Virus record (IMG/VR): IMGVR_UViG_3300025653_000029 | Strand: one strand, 5' to 3' | Length of the DNA: 64,000 bases | Source: an uncultured virus (IMG/VR IMGVR_UViG_3300025653_000029) | Lineage: Duplodnaviria > Heunggongvirae > Uroviricota > Caudoviricetes | Shown: in pieces, positions 40,037 through 50,093 of the stretch | Layout: each line of letters starts with the position of its first letter | Numbering within the stretch: position 1 is the stretch's first letter | Translations under genes and position numbers: made by a program | Notes under the pieces: generated by a model | The model's input: only the letters and a program-made list of their open reading frames with translations | The model's database searches: none | What the model was told of the DNA's origin: nothing

Positions 40037-43000
40037 TTGAATTACGCACCACTTCACGTTCATTCGCATTATAGTCTTATGGACGGGGTTGCAACCCCAG
40101 AGGAGTATGCTAAGCGTGCTGCTTCTCTGGGGATGCCAGCCCTAGCCATTACAGACCACGGTGTTCTTTCTGGTCATAGGCCAATGTACAGGGCTGCAAA
40201 AGAGCAGGGAGTCAAGCCCATTCTTGGTGTAGAGGGATACATTACTGCTGATCGTTTTGATAAGCGTGATAAGACAGAAAGAACAACACCACTAGACCTT
40301 ATTTACAATCACATCGTAATCCTTGCTAAAGATCCACAGGGACTACAGAATCTTAATACTCTCAATGAGATTGGTTGGACAGAGGGATTTTACAAGAAGC
40401 CACGAATTGATTTTGAGGTTCTTGATAAGTATGGTGACGGTCTTATTGTTTCCTCTGCCTGCATGTCAGGCCTTATCAATAAGGCTATTGAAGTAGATGA
40501 TTATGCTGTTGCCAAGAATCATATCAAGTGGTTTATGGATCGCTTTGGCGATGACTTTTATGTAGAACTTATGCCACACAACGTTGCTGGTATGAACACA
40601 GAGCTTTATAATCTTGCTAATGAAATGGGTGCTAAGTGCATCGTTACCCCTGACTGTCATCATTGTACGACAGATCAAAAGGTAATTCAAGAAATTATGC
40701 TTGCACTCAACACACATGCCAAGATACAAAAAGACGTTAGTTATGAGAAGTCTGCCAAGATACCTGACTTGATGAAGCGTCTTGACTATCTTTATGGTGA
40801 AGATCGTCCTATGTCATTCCGTAGTTTTGATATCCATCTCCTTTCATATGAAGAGATGCGAGAGGGTATGGAGAAAGAGCAGAAGTTTGATGATAGCATT
40901 TATTCTAACACCCTTGAGATTGCAGAGAAGGTTGAAGACTATAAGCTAAAGAGTAACCTTAATCTTCTTCCAATCAAGGTAAAGAATCCAGAAGATGAGT
41001 TGAGAAATCTTGTCATAGATGGCCTTAAGTCTAGGGGGCTAGACAAAGATGAAGAATATCTAGCCAGGGTAGACGAAGAACTATCTATCATTAATGACAA
41101 AGAGTTTGCACCCTACTTCCTTGTTGTTAGCAATATGATCTCATGGTCTAAGGAACAAGGTATTATGGTTGGGCCAGGACGAGGATCTGCTGCAGGCTCT
41201 CTCGTCTGTTATGCACTAGGTATTACAGAAGTAGACCCAATTAAGTATGGACTTTTGTTCTTCCGATTTATTAATCCTGAGCGAAATGACTTTCCAGATA
41301 TTGATACTGATATCCAGGATAGCCGTCGTGAAGAGGTTAAGGAATACCTAGAGAAAGAATACAAGAATGTAGCCTCTATTACTACCTTCCTGATGTTTAA
41401 GGACAAGGGCGTTGTGCGTGACGTTGCTAGGGCACTTCATGTTCCTTTGCCAGATGTGAATAAGGCACTCAAGCTTGTTGACACATGGGAAGATTTTATT
41501 AGTTCTAATTCAACAGAATGGTTTAGAGAAAAGTATCCAGATGTTCAGATATACGCAGAGCAATTGCGTGGTCGTATTCGTGGTACAGGGGTCCATGCTG
41601 CAGGAGTTGTAACTGCAAAGGATGCTATTCATAAGTACGCTCCAATGGAAACTAGAACTGTAACGGGTACTAAGACTCGTATTCCTGTTGTTGCTGTAGA
41701 TATGGATGAAGCAGCAGACATTGGCCTGATTAAGATTGATGCCCTTGGGCTAAAGACTCTTACTGTTATTCAAGATACTCTAAGGACTATCAAGGAAAGA
41801 AACGGTATAGACATTGATCTTAATACTATTGATCTAAAAGATAGAGAAGTATATCGAATGCTTTCTGAGGGAAATACCAAGGGAGTGTTTCAATGTGAAG
41901 CAACTCCATATACTAACCTTCTTATAAAGATGGGTGTTAAGAACTTTGATGAACTAGTGGCTTCTAACGCCCTTGTTCGCCCAGGAGCCATGAATACTAT
42001 TGGAAAGGAATACATTGCTAGAAAGAGTGGTAAAAATATTGTTGAGTATCCCCATTCAGTAATGAGGCCATTCCTAGAAGATACTTATGGTCAGATTCTT
42101 TATCAGGAGCAGGTTATGCAGGCGTGTACCACAGTCGGAGGCATGACATTCGCAGAGGCTGACAAGGTTCGCAAGATTATTGGTAAGAAGAAAGACGCTA
42201 AAGAGCTTGATGTATTCAAGGATAAGTTTATTAGAAATGCATCGGCATACATTAGTCCATTCCAGGCAGATAATATGTGGCACGACTTTGAGGCACATGC
42301 AGGGTACTCATTTAATAAGTCTCACGCCGTTGCATACTCAATGCTTTCTTACTGGACAGCTTGGCTCAAGTTCTACTACCCTATTGAGTTTATGTATTCT
42401 GTCCTTAGCAATGAAAAGGATAAGGACTCAAGGACAGAGTATCTTATTGAGGCCAAGCGTATGGGAATTCCACTAAGGCTTCCCCATGTCAATGAATCAG
42501 AGATTGATTTCTCTATTGAGGGTAAAGCAATTAGGTTTGGACTATCTTCTATCAAGTGGCTATCTGATAAAGTTTCGTCAAACATTATTGCTGCTAGGCC
42601 ATTTAATTCTTACCAAGAAGTTCGTGATGCCGCATTTAAGAAGGGTAGCGGGATCAATAGTCGTGCAATAGAGGCCATGAATGCCGTTGGTGCATTGACC
42701 TTTGACGATAATCCACGGGATGAAAAGAGGGTAAGAGAAAACCTTTACGAATATCTTAACCTGCCAGAATTCAACATAAATGTTCCTAATCACTATTATG
42801 CGTATATTGACAACTCTGAAGATTATGAAGAAGACGGGTCACACATTCTTCTAGGCGTTGTCAAAAATATAAAGCGTGGTAAGGGCTGGTCGCGTGTTGA
42901 ACTACTAGACAAGACGGGATCAGTAGGAATATTTGCGCCTGAGGACACTACGATAGAAACGGGAAAGACGTACCTAATTCTTGCATCAGCCAATAGGGTT

Positions 43001-43312
43001 GCGGAGGCAATTCCAATTGATGAACTTGATAGTTACAAGACAAGTCCCATGATTAGGTTCCTCAACTATAAGCAAATACCCTTTGGACAAGACGAGGTTT
43101 TTGTGCTATCGTTTAATCCTAGAATAACAAAGGCGGGTAAGAAAATGGCTAACATGACAATAGCAACCGCTGATCGTGAAATGATTGCTGTAACAGTTTT
43201 CCCATCACAATTTGCACAAGCATATATGAAGTGTGAAGAAGGTACAGTCGTTAAGATTGAGCTATCAAAAACAAAAGAAGGAACTACCATTTTGAAGGAA
43301 GTAATATCATGA
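40037..43312 (+). CDS. dnaE: DNA polymerase III alpha subunit (family C)
   Basis: PHP 'HVHSHYSLMDG...TDHG', 'GPGRGSAAGS', 'FPDIDTD', 'KIDALGL', 'YSFNKSHAVAY'. No intein seen. Confidence 0.95.
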   Translation: MNYAPLHVHSHYSLMDGVATPEEYAKRAASLGMPALAITDHGVLSGHRPMYRAAKEQGVKPILGVEGYITADRFDKRDKTERTTPLDLIYNHIVILAKDPQGLQNLNTLNEIGWTEGFYKKPRIDFEVLDKYGDGLIVSSACMSGLINKAIEVDDYAVAKNHIKWFMDRFGDDFYVELMPHNVAGMNTELYNLANEMGAKCIVTPDCHHCTTDQKVIQEIMLALNTHAKIQKDVSYEKSAKIPDLMKRLDYLYGEDRPMSFRSFDIHLLSYEEMREGMEKEQKFDDSIYSNTLEIAEKVEDYKLKSNLNLLPIKVKNPEDELRNLVIDGLKSRGLDKDEEYLARVDEELSIINDKEFAPYFLVVSNMISWSKEQGIMVGPGRGSAAGSLVCYALGITEVDPIKYGLLFFRFINPERNDFPDIDTDIQDSRREEVKEYLEKEYKNVASITTFLMFKDKGVVRDVARALHVPLPDVNKALKLVDTWEDFISSNSTEWFREKYPDVQIYAEQLRGRIRGTGVHAAGVVTAKDAIHKYAPMETRTVTGTKTRIPVVAVDMDEAADIGLIKIDALGLKTLTVIQDTLRTIKERNGIDIDLNTIDLKDREVYRMLSEGNTKGVFQCEATPYTNLLIKMGVKNFDELVASNALVRPGAMNTIGKEYIARKSGKNIVEYPHSVMRPFLEDTYGQILYQEQVMQACTTVGGMTFAEADKVRKIIGKKKDAKELDVFKDKFIRNASAYISPFQADNMWHDFEAHAGYSFNKSHAVAYSMLSYWTAWLKFYYPIEFMYSVLSNEKDKDSRTEYLIEAKRMGIPLRLPHVNESEIDFSIEGKAIRFGLSSIKWLSDKVSSNIIAARPFNSYQEVRDAAFKKGSGINSRAIEAMNAVGALTFDDNPRDEKRVRENLYEYLNLPEFNINVPNHYYAYIDNSEDYEEDGSHILLGVVKNIKRGKGWSRVELLDKTGSVGIFAPEDTTIETGKTYLILASANRVAEAIPIDELDSYKTSPMIRFLNYKQIPFGQDEVFVLSFNPRITKAGKKMANMTIATADREMIAVTVFPSQFAQAYMKCEEGTVVKIELSKTKEGTTILKEVIS

Positions 43313-43659
43313 GTTATTTAAAAGATATGGATGATCTAGCCTTTACTCTGCACTCAGGAGCAGTAAAGAAGGGGTTCTATGAGCCATACTTACACATGGA
43401 TGAGGCAGACAGGATAGTGTTTTATTTAAAGCAACTGGCTATGATTCATAGTGAGGTATCAGAAGTTTTAGAGGCTATGAGGAAAGAGAAGGGCGACGAT
43501 GTTGTTGTTGAAGAGTTGGCTGACATTATCATTCGTGTCCTAGACTTTTGGGCATTTCTTTCTATGACACAGTATACAAATAAGTCTTTAGCAAAGGCCG
43601 TTGTAAACAAGATGGAAAAGAACAAGGAGCGTCCAGCGATGCATGGAGTATTAGCGTGA
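43309..43659 (+). CDS. MazG-like nucleotide pyrophosphohydrolase
   Basis: 'IHSEVSEVLEA...VEELADIIIR...KMEKNKERP'. Confidence 0.8.
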   Translation: MSYLKDMDDLAFTLHSGAVKKGFYEPYLHMDEADRIVFYLKQLAMIHSEVSEVLEAMRKEKGDDVVVEELADIIIRVLDFWAFLSMTQYTNKSLAKAVVNKMEKNKERPAMHGVLA

Positions 43660-44663
43660 TTAGTGAGGCAATGGAAGAAGTTCTTTCACAAATAGATCCA
43701 AAGCTTAGAAAGAAAGTGTCTGCTGCCTCAGATATTGAGGTCATAATGCAAAAGACACCCAGCGTTGGGCTAAATAAGCAACTAAATGGTGGCCTCGCTT
43801 ATGGCAGGCAGGTTCTTATTTGGGGCAATAAGTCTGCTGGCAAGTCGTCGTTTTGCTTGCAAATGATTGGTCAGGCACAGAAAGAAGGAAAGATATGTGC
43901 GTGGATTGACTCAGAGCAATCATATGATCCTAAGTGGGCACAGAGGCTAGGAGTAGACTCAGAGAGCCTTATATATTCTCCTGCCAGGACAATCAACGAC
44001 ATGGTTGATGTTGCCACACAACTTATGTCTGCTGGCGTAGATATTATTGTTGTTGATTCTATCTCTGCCCTGCTTCCTGCTATCTACTTTGAGAAAGACT
44101 CTGATGAACTAAAACAGTTAGAGAATACTAAGCAAATCGGTGCAGAGGCACGGGATATGACAAACGCTGTCAAGATGCTTAACTATGCAAACAATCAGAC
44201 TAAGCAAACATTGCTAGTTCTTATATCTCAGCAACGTAATAATATTGGTCAGATGTTTGTAAGCCACCAGCCCACAGGGGGTCATGCTGTTAAGTTTTTT
44301 TCTAGCACAGTCGTCAAGCTTTGGTCAAGTGAGTCAGAAAAGAATGCTATCCAGGGCAAGATAGAAGTAGGAGATAAAGTCATACAAAGCAAGATAGGTC
44401 GCCAAGTCACCTGGACTATTGACTACAACAAGACAGGAAAAGCCTTTGAGAGTGGCATGTACGACTTCTATTTCTCTGGTGACTTTGTTGGCGTAGATAA
44501 CATTGCAGAAGTTGTAGACGTTGCAGAGCAATTAGGACACATAGAAAAGGGTGGCGCATGGTACACAGTTCTTGGAGAAAGGTTCCAGGGTAGAGCAAAG
44601 GTGGTCGAATGGCTACGACAAAATCCAGATAAGGCGGCAGAACTTGTCCAAATCATCGAATAA
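43656..44663 (+). CDS. recA: RecA/UvsX-like recombinase
   Basis: 'GNKSAGKS', 'IDSEQ', 'IVVDSISAL', 'TGGHAVKFFSS', 'GAWY'. Confidence 0.9.
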   Translation: MISEAMEEVLSQIDPKLRKKVSAASDIEVIMQKTPSVGLNKQLNGGLAYGRQVLIWGNKSAGKSSFCLQMIGQAQKEGKICAWIDSEQSYDPKWAQRLGVDSESLIYSPARTINDMVDVATQLMSAGVDIIVVDSISALLPAIYFEKDSDELKQLENTKQIGAEARDMTNAVKMLNYANNQTKQTLLVLISQQRNNIGQMFVSHQPTGGHAVKFFSSTVVKLWSSESEKNAIQGKIEVGDKVIQSKIGRQVTWTIDYNKTGKAFESGMYDFYFSGDFVGVDNIAEVVDVAEQLGHIEKGGAWYTVLGERFQGRAKVVEWLRQNPDKAAELVQIIE

Positions 44664-44817
44664 GTATCAGGTAATACATGGAATATTTCTATGCCAGGGC
44701 TGCTCTTCAGAGGCAAACTCGTCTAGATTTTACCCATCTACTTTAGATATTACCTGGAAGTGTAAATATTGCGAGCAAATATCCACTGTAAATATAGAAA
44801 AAGAAAGAGGATATTGA
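44644..44817 (+). CDS. small Zn-ribbon protein
   Basis: CQGC...CKYC. TTG start overlaps the recA end; stop overlaps the next start. Confidence 0.5.
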   Translation: MSKSSNKYQVIHGIFLCQGCSSEANSSRFYPSTLDITWKCKYCEQISTVNIEKERGY

Positions 44818-45128
44818 TGAGTGAGCATGGCGAGTTAAAGCGTATTGGTGCAAAGCCACATAAAAATTCTGGTCGTGGAATGGTAAAAGGCGACGGTAGC
44901 TTAGACAGATATGTTGTAGATGTAAAAGAGTATAGCAAATCATTTTCTGTTAATAAGGATGTATGGGGTAAAATAGTTACAGACACTTTAAGAGTAGATC
45001 CAAATAAATCTCCCGTAATAATGTTAGTTCTTGGAGAGACAAAGAAGACAAGGCTTGCTATAATTGAGTGGAATGAGTTTGAAGAGTTACGAGAGATAAG
45101 AGAGAATAATGAGCGAAAACACGATTGA
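44817..45128 (+). CDS. PD-(D/E)xK nuclease / Holliday-junction-resolvase-like protein
   Basis: 'NSGRGMVKGDG...VVDVKEY'. Confidence 0.6.
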   Translation: MSEHGELKRIGAKPHKNSGRGMVKGDGSLDRYVVDVKEYSKSFSVNKDVWGKIVTDTLRVDPNKSPVIMLVLGETKKTRLAIIEWNEFEELREIRENNERKHD

Positions 45129-45429
45129 TATTATAAATCAAATTAATGACTTTAATGATTTATCAGAATATATGCAAGATGAAGAAATAACTCAAGCACT
45201 TATCGCAATTGCTAAACTAATTGCTAAGCCAGATATTCCTCCAGACAAGGCTGCTAGGCTTATCATTCAGATTCAGGCCTACTCTGCTAAATTTGCAATG
45301 CTAGCTTCATGGTATGCCAATGTAAAAAAAGATGATCGTGCTAAAAAAAATATTTACTATTCAGCAAGAGAGGCACTTGATAAGTTATCGGATGCCCTTA
45401 AATACACAATTAGGAGCTACCATGGCTAA
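45109..45429 (+). CDS. hypothetical helical protein
   Basis: Overlapping ORF within the operon. Confidence 0.6.
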   Translation: MSENTIDIINQINDFNDLSEYMQDEEITQALIAIAKLIAKPDIPPDKAARLIIQIQAYSAKFAMLASWYANVKKDDRAKKNIYYSAREALDKLSDALKYTIRSYHG

Positions 45430-46252
45430 AAATATAATATCTAAGATTGTCAAGGGTAAATCAAAAGAGGCTGTAGAAGAAGTAGAATGGCAAACACAAA
45501 TGCCTGACAATGTAGAGGATGAATTTGCAGACCTTGTTGATGCTATTCACAAGGGGTATGTTGCTAGCAATGAACCTAAGTATATGAAGAAGAAGACCTT
45601 TTCTCCTTCCACCATTGTTTTTGGTCACGGCAAGTGTCCACGGTATTGGTATCTAGCATTTGAGGGTAACACTTTTTATGAAGAGCGTGAGGGCAAGTCT
45701 CAGGCTAACATGGATAGTGGCACAGACAGACACAAAAGAATTCAAGATGCCATTTCTAGTGCAGGACTAATGCTTGTCAACGAAGAGAAGGTAGTGTTTG
45801 ATGACCCACCCATCTTTGGTTTTTTGGATAGTATTATTAAGTGGAAAGATTCAGAATATTTAGTTGAGATTAAGACAGCAAACCATGATGCATTTGAGCG
45901 TCATAAGAAGAGTATGACAGCAAGTACATACCACATTGTTCAGCTTCTTATTTACATGAAAATATTTAAAAAGAAAAATGGCATAGTAATGTATGAGAAC
46001 AAAAATACTCATGATCTACTTGCTATCCCTGTAAATATTACACAGAGACATGTAGACTTTGTTGACTACCTCTTTGATTGGATGAAAGAGGTGTATGGTG
46101 CATGGAAGGATCAGAAGCTCCCAGAGGTTCCGTATAAGAATAATAAAGTAAAGGTTCCGTGTGGTAGTTGCCCTGTGCAAAAGGCCTGTCAGGAGGCCCC
46201 TAAGGGAGATATTAAGATATCTAGAAGAAAGGAAGAAAAGGGAGATTTCTAA
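45422..46252 (+). CDS. Cas4-like / RecB-family exonuclease
   Basis: 'CPRYW', 'GTDRH', 'D...VEIKT', 'QLLIY', C-terminal CxxC-x5-C (Fe-S). Confidence 0.8.
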   Translation: MAKNIISKIVKGKSKEAVEEVEWQTQMPDNVEDEFADLVDAIHKGYVASNEPKYMKKKTFSPSTIVFGHGKCPRYWYLAFEGNTFYEEREGKSQANMDSGTDRHKRIQDAISSAGLMLVNEEKVVFDDPPIFGFLDSIIKWKDSEYLVEIKTANHDAFERHKKSMTASTYHIVQLLIYMKIFKKKNGIVMYENKNTHDLLAIPVNITQRHVDFVDYLFDWMKEVYGAWKDQKLPEVPYKNNKVKVPCGSCPVQKACQEAPKGDIKISRRKEEKGDF

Positions 46253-46542
46253 TGTCTTTCTGCTCATGGTGCGACAAAGAGTTTTTTCCAAACTCAGCAA
46301 AACAAATTTATTGCTCTGCTGAGTGTAGGCAGGAGTCAAGTAAAGAAAAAATTCTTCAAAGATACGAAATAGAAAAAAGAAGAAAAAGAGTTGGAAGAGA
46401 TAAAAAATGTGCTGGTGATTGTGGAACATATCTAAGCATTTATAATGATGTTGGAATGTGTGACAATTGCCTTATTAACAAAAAAAAGTTTAATAATTTT
46501 ATAAAGGAGTTGAAAGGATATTTTGAGTACCAACAAGAGTAG
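46252..46542 (+). CDS. Cys-rich Zn-binding hypothetical protein
   Basis: Multiple CxxC / CxxxC motifs. Confidence 0.6.
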   Translation: MSFCSWCDKEFFPNSAKQIYCSAECRQESSKEKILQRYEIEKRRKRVGRDKKCAGDCGTYLSIYNDVGMCDNCLINKKKFNNFIKELKGYFEYQQE

Positions 46543-47110
46543 GGGTTTAGCAAGTCTATCAAAACCAAGGACTATAATAGCAGTAGATGCCTCTACAAAT
46601 TCAATGGCATTTTCAATATTTGAGGAAGGAAGGCTGATCAAATATGGAAAGGTTCGATTTGTTGGCACAGATGCTCTTTATAAAGCAGGAGATGCCTGTA
46701 GAAAAGCTATCCCGTTTTTTAAAGCTTTTCGATCAGACGCTATTATTCTTGAATCGGCTATCTATAGCAACTCTCCAAAAACCGCTATGCAACTGTCGTT
46801 GGTGCAAGGAGCAATTATTGCAGCAGCGCAAGTTGCTGGAATTAAAACGGTAAAGAATGTAGCACCTATGGCTTGGCAAAATTATATTGGGACCAAGCTT
46901 TTGAGTGCAGCAGAAAAGCAAGCAATTGTAAAAAAGACACCAGGAAAATCTAATTCATGGTATAAAGGAAAGGAAAGAGAATTAAGAAAACAAAAGACTA
47001 TTGACTATGTTAATAATAGATACAAAATTAAAGTTGATGACGATGATGTGGCAGACTCAATTGGCATAGGGTCTTATGTAAGCGACAAGTGGGGTGCCAT
47101 TTTTGAATAA
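46523..47110 (+). CDS. ruvC: RuvC-like Holliday junction resolvase
   Basis: 'IIAVDAST', 'IILES', 'DDVADSIGIG'. Confidence 0.75.
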   Translation: MSTNKSRGLASLSKPRTIIAVDASTNSMAFSIFEEGRLIKYGKVRFVGTDALYKAGDACRKAIPFFKAFRSDAIILESAIYSNSPKTAMQLSLVQGAIIAAAQVAGIKTVKNVAPMAWQNYIGTKLLSAAEKQAIVKKTPGKSNSWYKGKERELRKQKTIDYVNNRYKIKVDDDDVADSIGIGSYVSDKWGAIFE

Positions 47111-47270
47111 AAAAGATTTTTACAAAAATAAAAGCTGGCTTCACAAACGTTATGTACAAGACAAGAAAACTCCAGAAGAAATAGCAAAAGAATGTGGTTG
47201 CACAGTACAAACAATTTATCTATACTTGAACAAGTTCGGATTAAAGATGGGAAGAAAGGGTAGAAGATGA
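47103..47270 (+). CDS. 55-aa HTH protein (not in the ORF track)
   Basis: MNKKDFYKNKSWLHKRYVQDKKTPEEIAKECGCTVQTIYLYLNKFGL...; overlaps both neighbours. Confidence 0.7.
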   Translation: MNKKDFYKNKSWLHKRYVQDKKTPEEIAKECGCTVQTIYLYLNKFGLKMGRKGRR

Positions 47271-47482
47271 ATGACGAAGTAAATCATCCCAAGCATTACA
47301 CAATACATCCTAGTGGTATTGAAACAATAGAGCTTACAGAACACATGAATTTCTGTCTTGGCAATGTTATAAAGTATGTTATGCGTGCCCCATACAAGGG
47401 TAAACAAATTCAGGACTTGGAAAAAGCAGCCTGGTATTTGAATCGTGAAATAAATAGACTTAAAACTATTGACAAAGAATAG
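47267..47482 (+). CDS. DUF3310 (SaV-like) protein
   Basis: 'VNHPKHY...GIETIE...FCLGNVIKYVMRA..K....DLEKAAWYL'. Confidence 0.85.
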   Translation: MNDEVNHPKHYTIHPSGIETIELTEHMNFCLGNVIKYVMRAPYKGKQIQDLEKAAWYLNREINRLKTIDKE

Positions 47483-47497
47483 ACACCATGGTAGAAT
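47469..47497 (+). promoter_or_regulatory. promoter for the terminase operon
   Basis: TTGACA-17 bp-TAGAAT with TG at the extended position. Confidence 0.75.
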
Positions 47498-47524
47498 TGT
47501 CCTACCTACCACAAAGGAGTAAAA

Positions 47525-47818
47525 ATGGGACGACGCAAAAAGGTGCAAATAAACGACCCCTTTATTAGAGAGGGTAGTTTTACTACACAAGAAGGCAAGG
47601 TAGTAAATCAGGGGGACATTATTAAGATAAAAGGTATTTGGGGTACTAAGTTTAAGTTTCACCAACATGTTACTAATCCAGAGAATAATAGGTCTTGGAT
47701 TGATTGCGTAGAATTAGAAAAGGGTGTTAGTTGTGGTATGCGTTCTTTTTATGAAGATCGTGTAAGGGTAATGCCTAAGAAGCGAGGAAAGCGTGTCAAA
47801 AGAAATAGACCTAGTTAA
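47525..47818 (+). CDS. hypothetical protein (SH3-like, basic)
   Basis: AAGGAG RBS. Confidence 0.6.
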   Translation: MGRRKKVQINDPFIREGSFTTQEGKVVNQGDIIKIKGIWGTKFKFHQHVTNPENNRSWIDCVELEKGVSCGMRSFYEDRVRVMPKKRGKRVKRNRPS

Positions 47819-48314
47819 GCATCTTGATGAAGTAAACAAGGTTGCATCAGAATATTTAAAGGGAACTGATACAGCACAGATAGCACGGGAGTTAGACATA
47901 CCCCGTACCCGTGTAATGTCATTGCTCAATGACTGGCGTAAAATGGCAGCAAATAATGAAGCCATTCATGCGAGAGCAAGAGAGGCATTGGCTGGTGCAG
48001 ATCAACATTATTCCAGCTTAATTAAAAAGGCATATGAGGTCATTGACACAGCAGATCAAACAGCAAATCTTAATGCTAAGACAACATCAATCAAACTTAT
48101 TGCTGATATTGAAGCAAAAAGACTTGACATGCTTCATCGTGCAGGTCTTTTAGATAATAAAGAGGTAGCAGAAGAACTTGCTCGTATGGAAGAAAAGCAT
48201 CAAATTCTTATAAATATTCTTAAAGATGTTGCTACAAAATATCCAGAAATTCGTAATGAAATTATGTCAAAGCTTTCTGAAGCAACTGACGGAGTGATCA
48301 TAGTTGACAATTGA
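47793..48314 (+). CDS. probable terminase small subunit
   Basis: N-terminal HTH 'TAQIARELDIPRTRV', helical body, overlaps the terL start. Confidence 0.55.
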   Translation: MSKEIDLVKHLDEVNKVASEYLKGTDTAQIARELDIPRTRVMSLLNDWRKMAANNEAIHARAREALAGADQHYSSLIKKAYEVIDTADQTANLNAKTTSIKLIADIEAKRLDMLHRAGLLDNKEVAEELARMEEKHQILINILKDVATKYPEIRNEIMSKLSEATDGVIIVDN

Positions 48315-50085
48315 TTTATCTGATTTCATGGAGGCTCTTGATGATAATCCATTTCAGGAAGAACCAGTAGATGTAGAAACCTTTGTAAAGTCCCCAGACT
48401 TTTTAGGGCAGCCAGAACTGTCTCACTATCAGTATGTTCTCGTAGAGTGCATGAGTCAGATATACAAAGAAAAAGATTTGCAAAGATTTATGGGAAAGGA
48501 AGAGGGTAGTGAACACTATAAGAAATATACTAAGTCAGAAGTTATATTGCAACTTGGCAAAGGATCAGGTAAGGATCACACTTCTACTGTGGGTTGTGCT
48601 TATCTTGTTTATAAGCTTCTTTGCTTAAAAGATCCTGCTGCATATTTTGGTAAGCCCCCTGGTGATGCTATTGACATTATCAATATTGCTGTAAACGCAC
48701 AGCAAGCAAAGAATGTTTTCTTTAAAGGATTCAAAAACAAGATTGATAAATCTCCATGGTTTGCTGGAAAGTATGATGCTAAAGTAGACAATGTTGAGTT
48801 CGATAAGGCTGTCACAGTATATTCTGGTCACTCAGAAAGAGAGAGCCATGAGGGTCTAAACCTTATGCTTGCTGTCCTTGATGAGATTTCTGGTTTTGCC
48901 CAAGAGTCAAGTAGTGGCAATGAAAATGCAAAAACAGGAGAAGCAATCTATAAAGCATTCCGTGGCTCAGTTGATTCACGATTTCCCGACTATGGAAAGG
49001 TAGTTCTTCTTTCATTCCCACGTTACAAGGGTGACTTTATCTCTAAAAGATATGATGACGTTGTTGCTGAAAAAGAAACTGAATTTAAAAAGCATACCTT
49101 TGTTCTTAATCCTGCCTTGCCAGAAGATGATCCAGGAAACACCTTTGATATTGAATGGGAAGAAGACAGAATAGAGTCTTATAAGTTCCCTGGAGTTTAT
49201 GCGCTTAAAAGACCTACATGGGAAGTAAACCCAACAAGAAGCATTGAAGACTTTAAGCTTGCATTTTATACAGATCCAGCAGATGCAATGATGCGCTTTG
49301 CCTGTATGCCTACTGTATCTTCAGATGCATTTTTTAAATCGCGGGATAAGATAGAAAAGTCATTAAGTATTCGTAATCCGCTTGATACTTTTAGAAGAAT
49401 AGATCCTAGTTTTAAACCAAACCCAGATACAACTTATTTTGTACATGCTGACCTAGCACAAAAACATGACAAGTGTGCAGTAGCATTAAGCCATGTTGAA
49501 AAATGGGTAGAGGTGCAAACATTTAATGACTACACTCAAGTAGTGCCATTTGTTGTTGTAGATATGATTGCTTGGTGGGAGCCTCGTAGAGAAGGCCCAG
49601 TAGACTTATCTGAAGTAAAAAACTGGATTATTGATCTTAGAAGAAATGGATTTAATCTTGGTCTAGTTACATTTGACCGCTGGCAGTCATTTGATATTCA
49701 GCGGGATCTAAAGAGTGTTGGTATTAATACAGAGACTCTTTCAGTAGCAAAGAAACACTATGAAGATCTTGCCATGCTTTTTTATGAAGAGCGGGTTGTT
49801 GCACCACATATTGAAATACTCTTAGAAGAGCTTTTGGAACTTAGAATCGTGTCAAATAACAAGGTCGATCACCCAAGAAAGAAGTCAAAGGACTTGGCTG
49901 ATGCAATGTGTGGATCTGTTTATAATGCAATCTCTCACTCCAAGAAAAATACTTTTGGAGAAATAGAGGTACACACATGGTCCTCATTTAAAGCAGATAG
50001 AAATAGAGAATTAATAGAAGAAAAAGAAAAACCACAAATGACAGATGATATAAAAAATTATCTTTCTAACTACAAACTAATATAG
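48304..50085 (+). CDS. terL: terminase large subunit
   Basis: Walker A 'GKGSGKD', Walker B 'AVLDEISG', nuclease 'HADLA', 'TFDRWQS', 'SKDLADA'. Confidence 0.88.
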   Translation: MTIDLSDFMEALDDNPFQEEPVDVETFVKSPDFLGQPELSHYQYVLVECMSQIYKEKDLQRFMGKEEGSEHYKKYTKSEVILQLGKGSGKDHTSTVGCAYLVYKLLCLKDPAAYFGKPPGDAIDIINIAVNAQQAKNVFFKGFKNKIDKSPWFAGKYDAKVDNVEFDKAVTVYSGHSERESHEGLNLMLAVLDEISGFAQESSSGNENAKTGEAIYKAFRGSVDSRFPDYGKVVLLSFPRYKGDFISKRYDDVVAEKETEFKKHTFVLNPALPEDDPGNTFDIEWEEDRIESYKFPGVYALKRPTWEVNPTRSIEDFKLAFYTDPADAMMRFACMPTVSSDAFFKSRDKIEKSLSIRNPLDTFRRIDPSFKPNPDTTYFVHADLAQKHDKCAVALSHVEKWVEVQTFNDYTQVVPFVVVDMIAWWEPRREGPVDLSEVKNWIIDLRRNGFNLGLVTFDRWQSFDIQRDLKSVGINTETLSVAKKHYEDLAMLFYEERVVAPHIEILLEELLELRIVSNNKVDHPRKKSKDLADAMCGSVYNAISHSKKNTFGEIEVHTWSSFKADRNRELIEEKEKPQMTDDIKNYLSNYKLI

Positions 50086-50093
50086 GAGACAAA

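Noticed and set aside
45422..46252. Cas4-like gene as evidence of a CRISPR system
   Set aside because: No repeat-spacer array or other cas genes. Solo Cas4-like nucleases are common in phage recombination modules.
36944..50085. Inteins or introns in DnaB, DnaE, RecA or TerL
   Set aside because: Lengths are ordinary, with no C...HN splice motifs or LAGLIDADG blocks.
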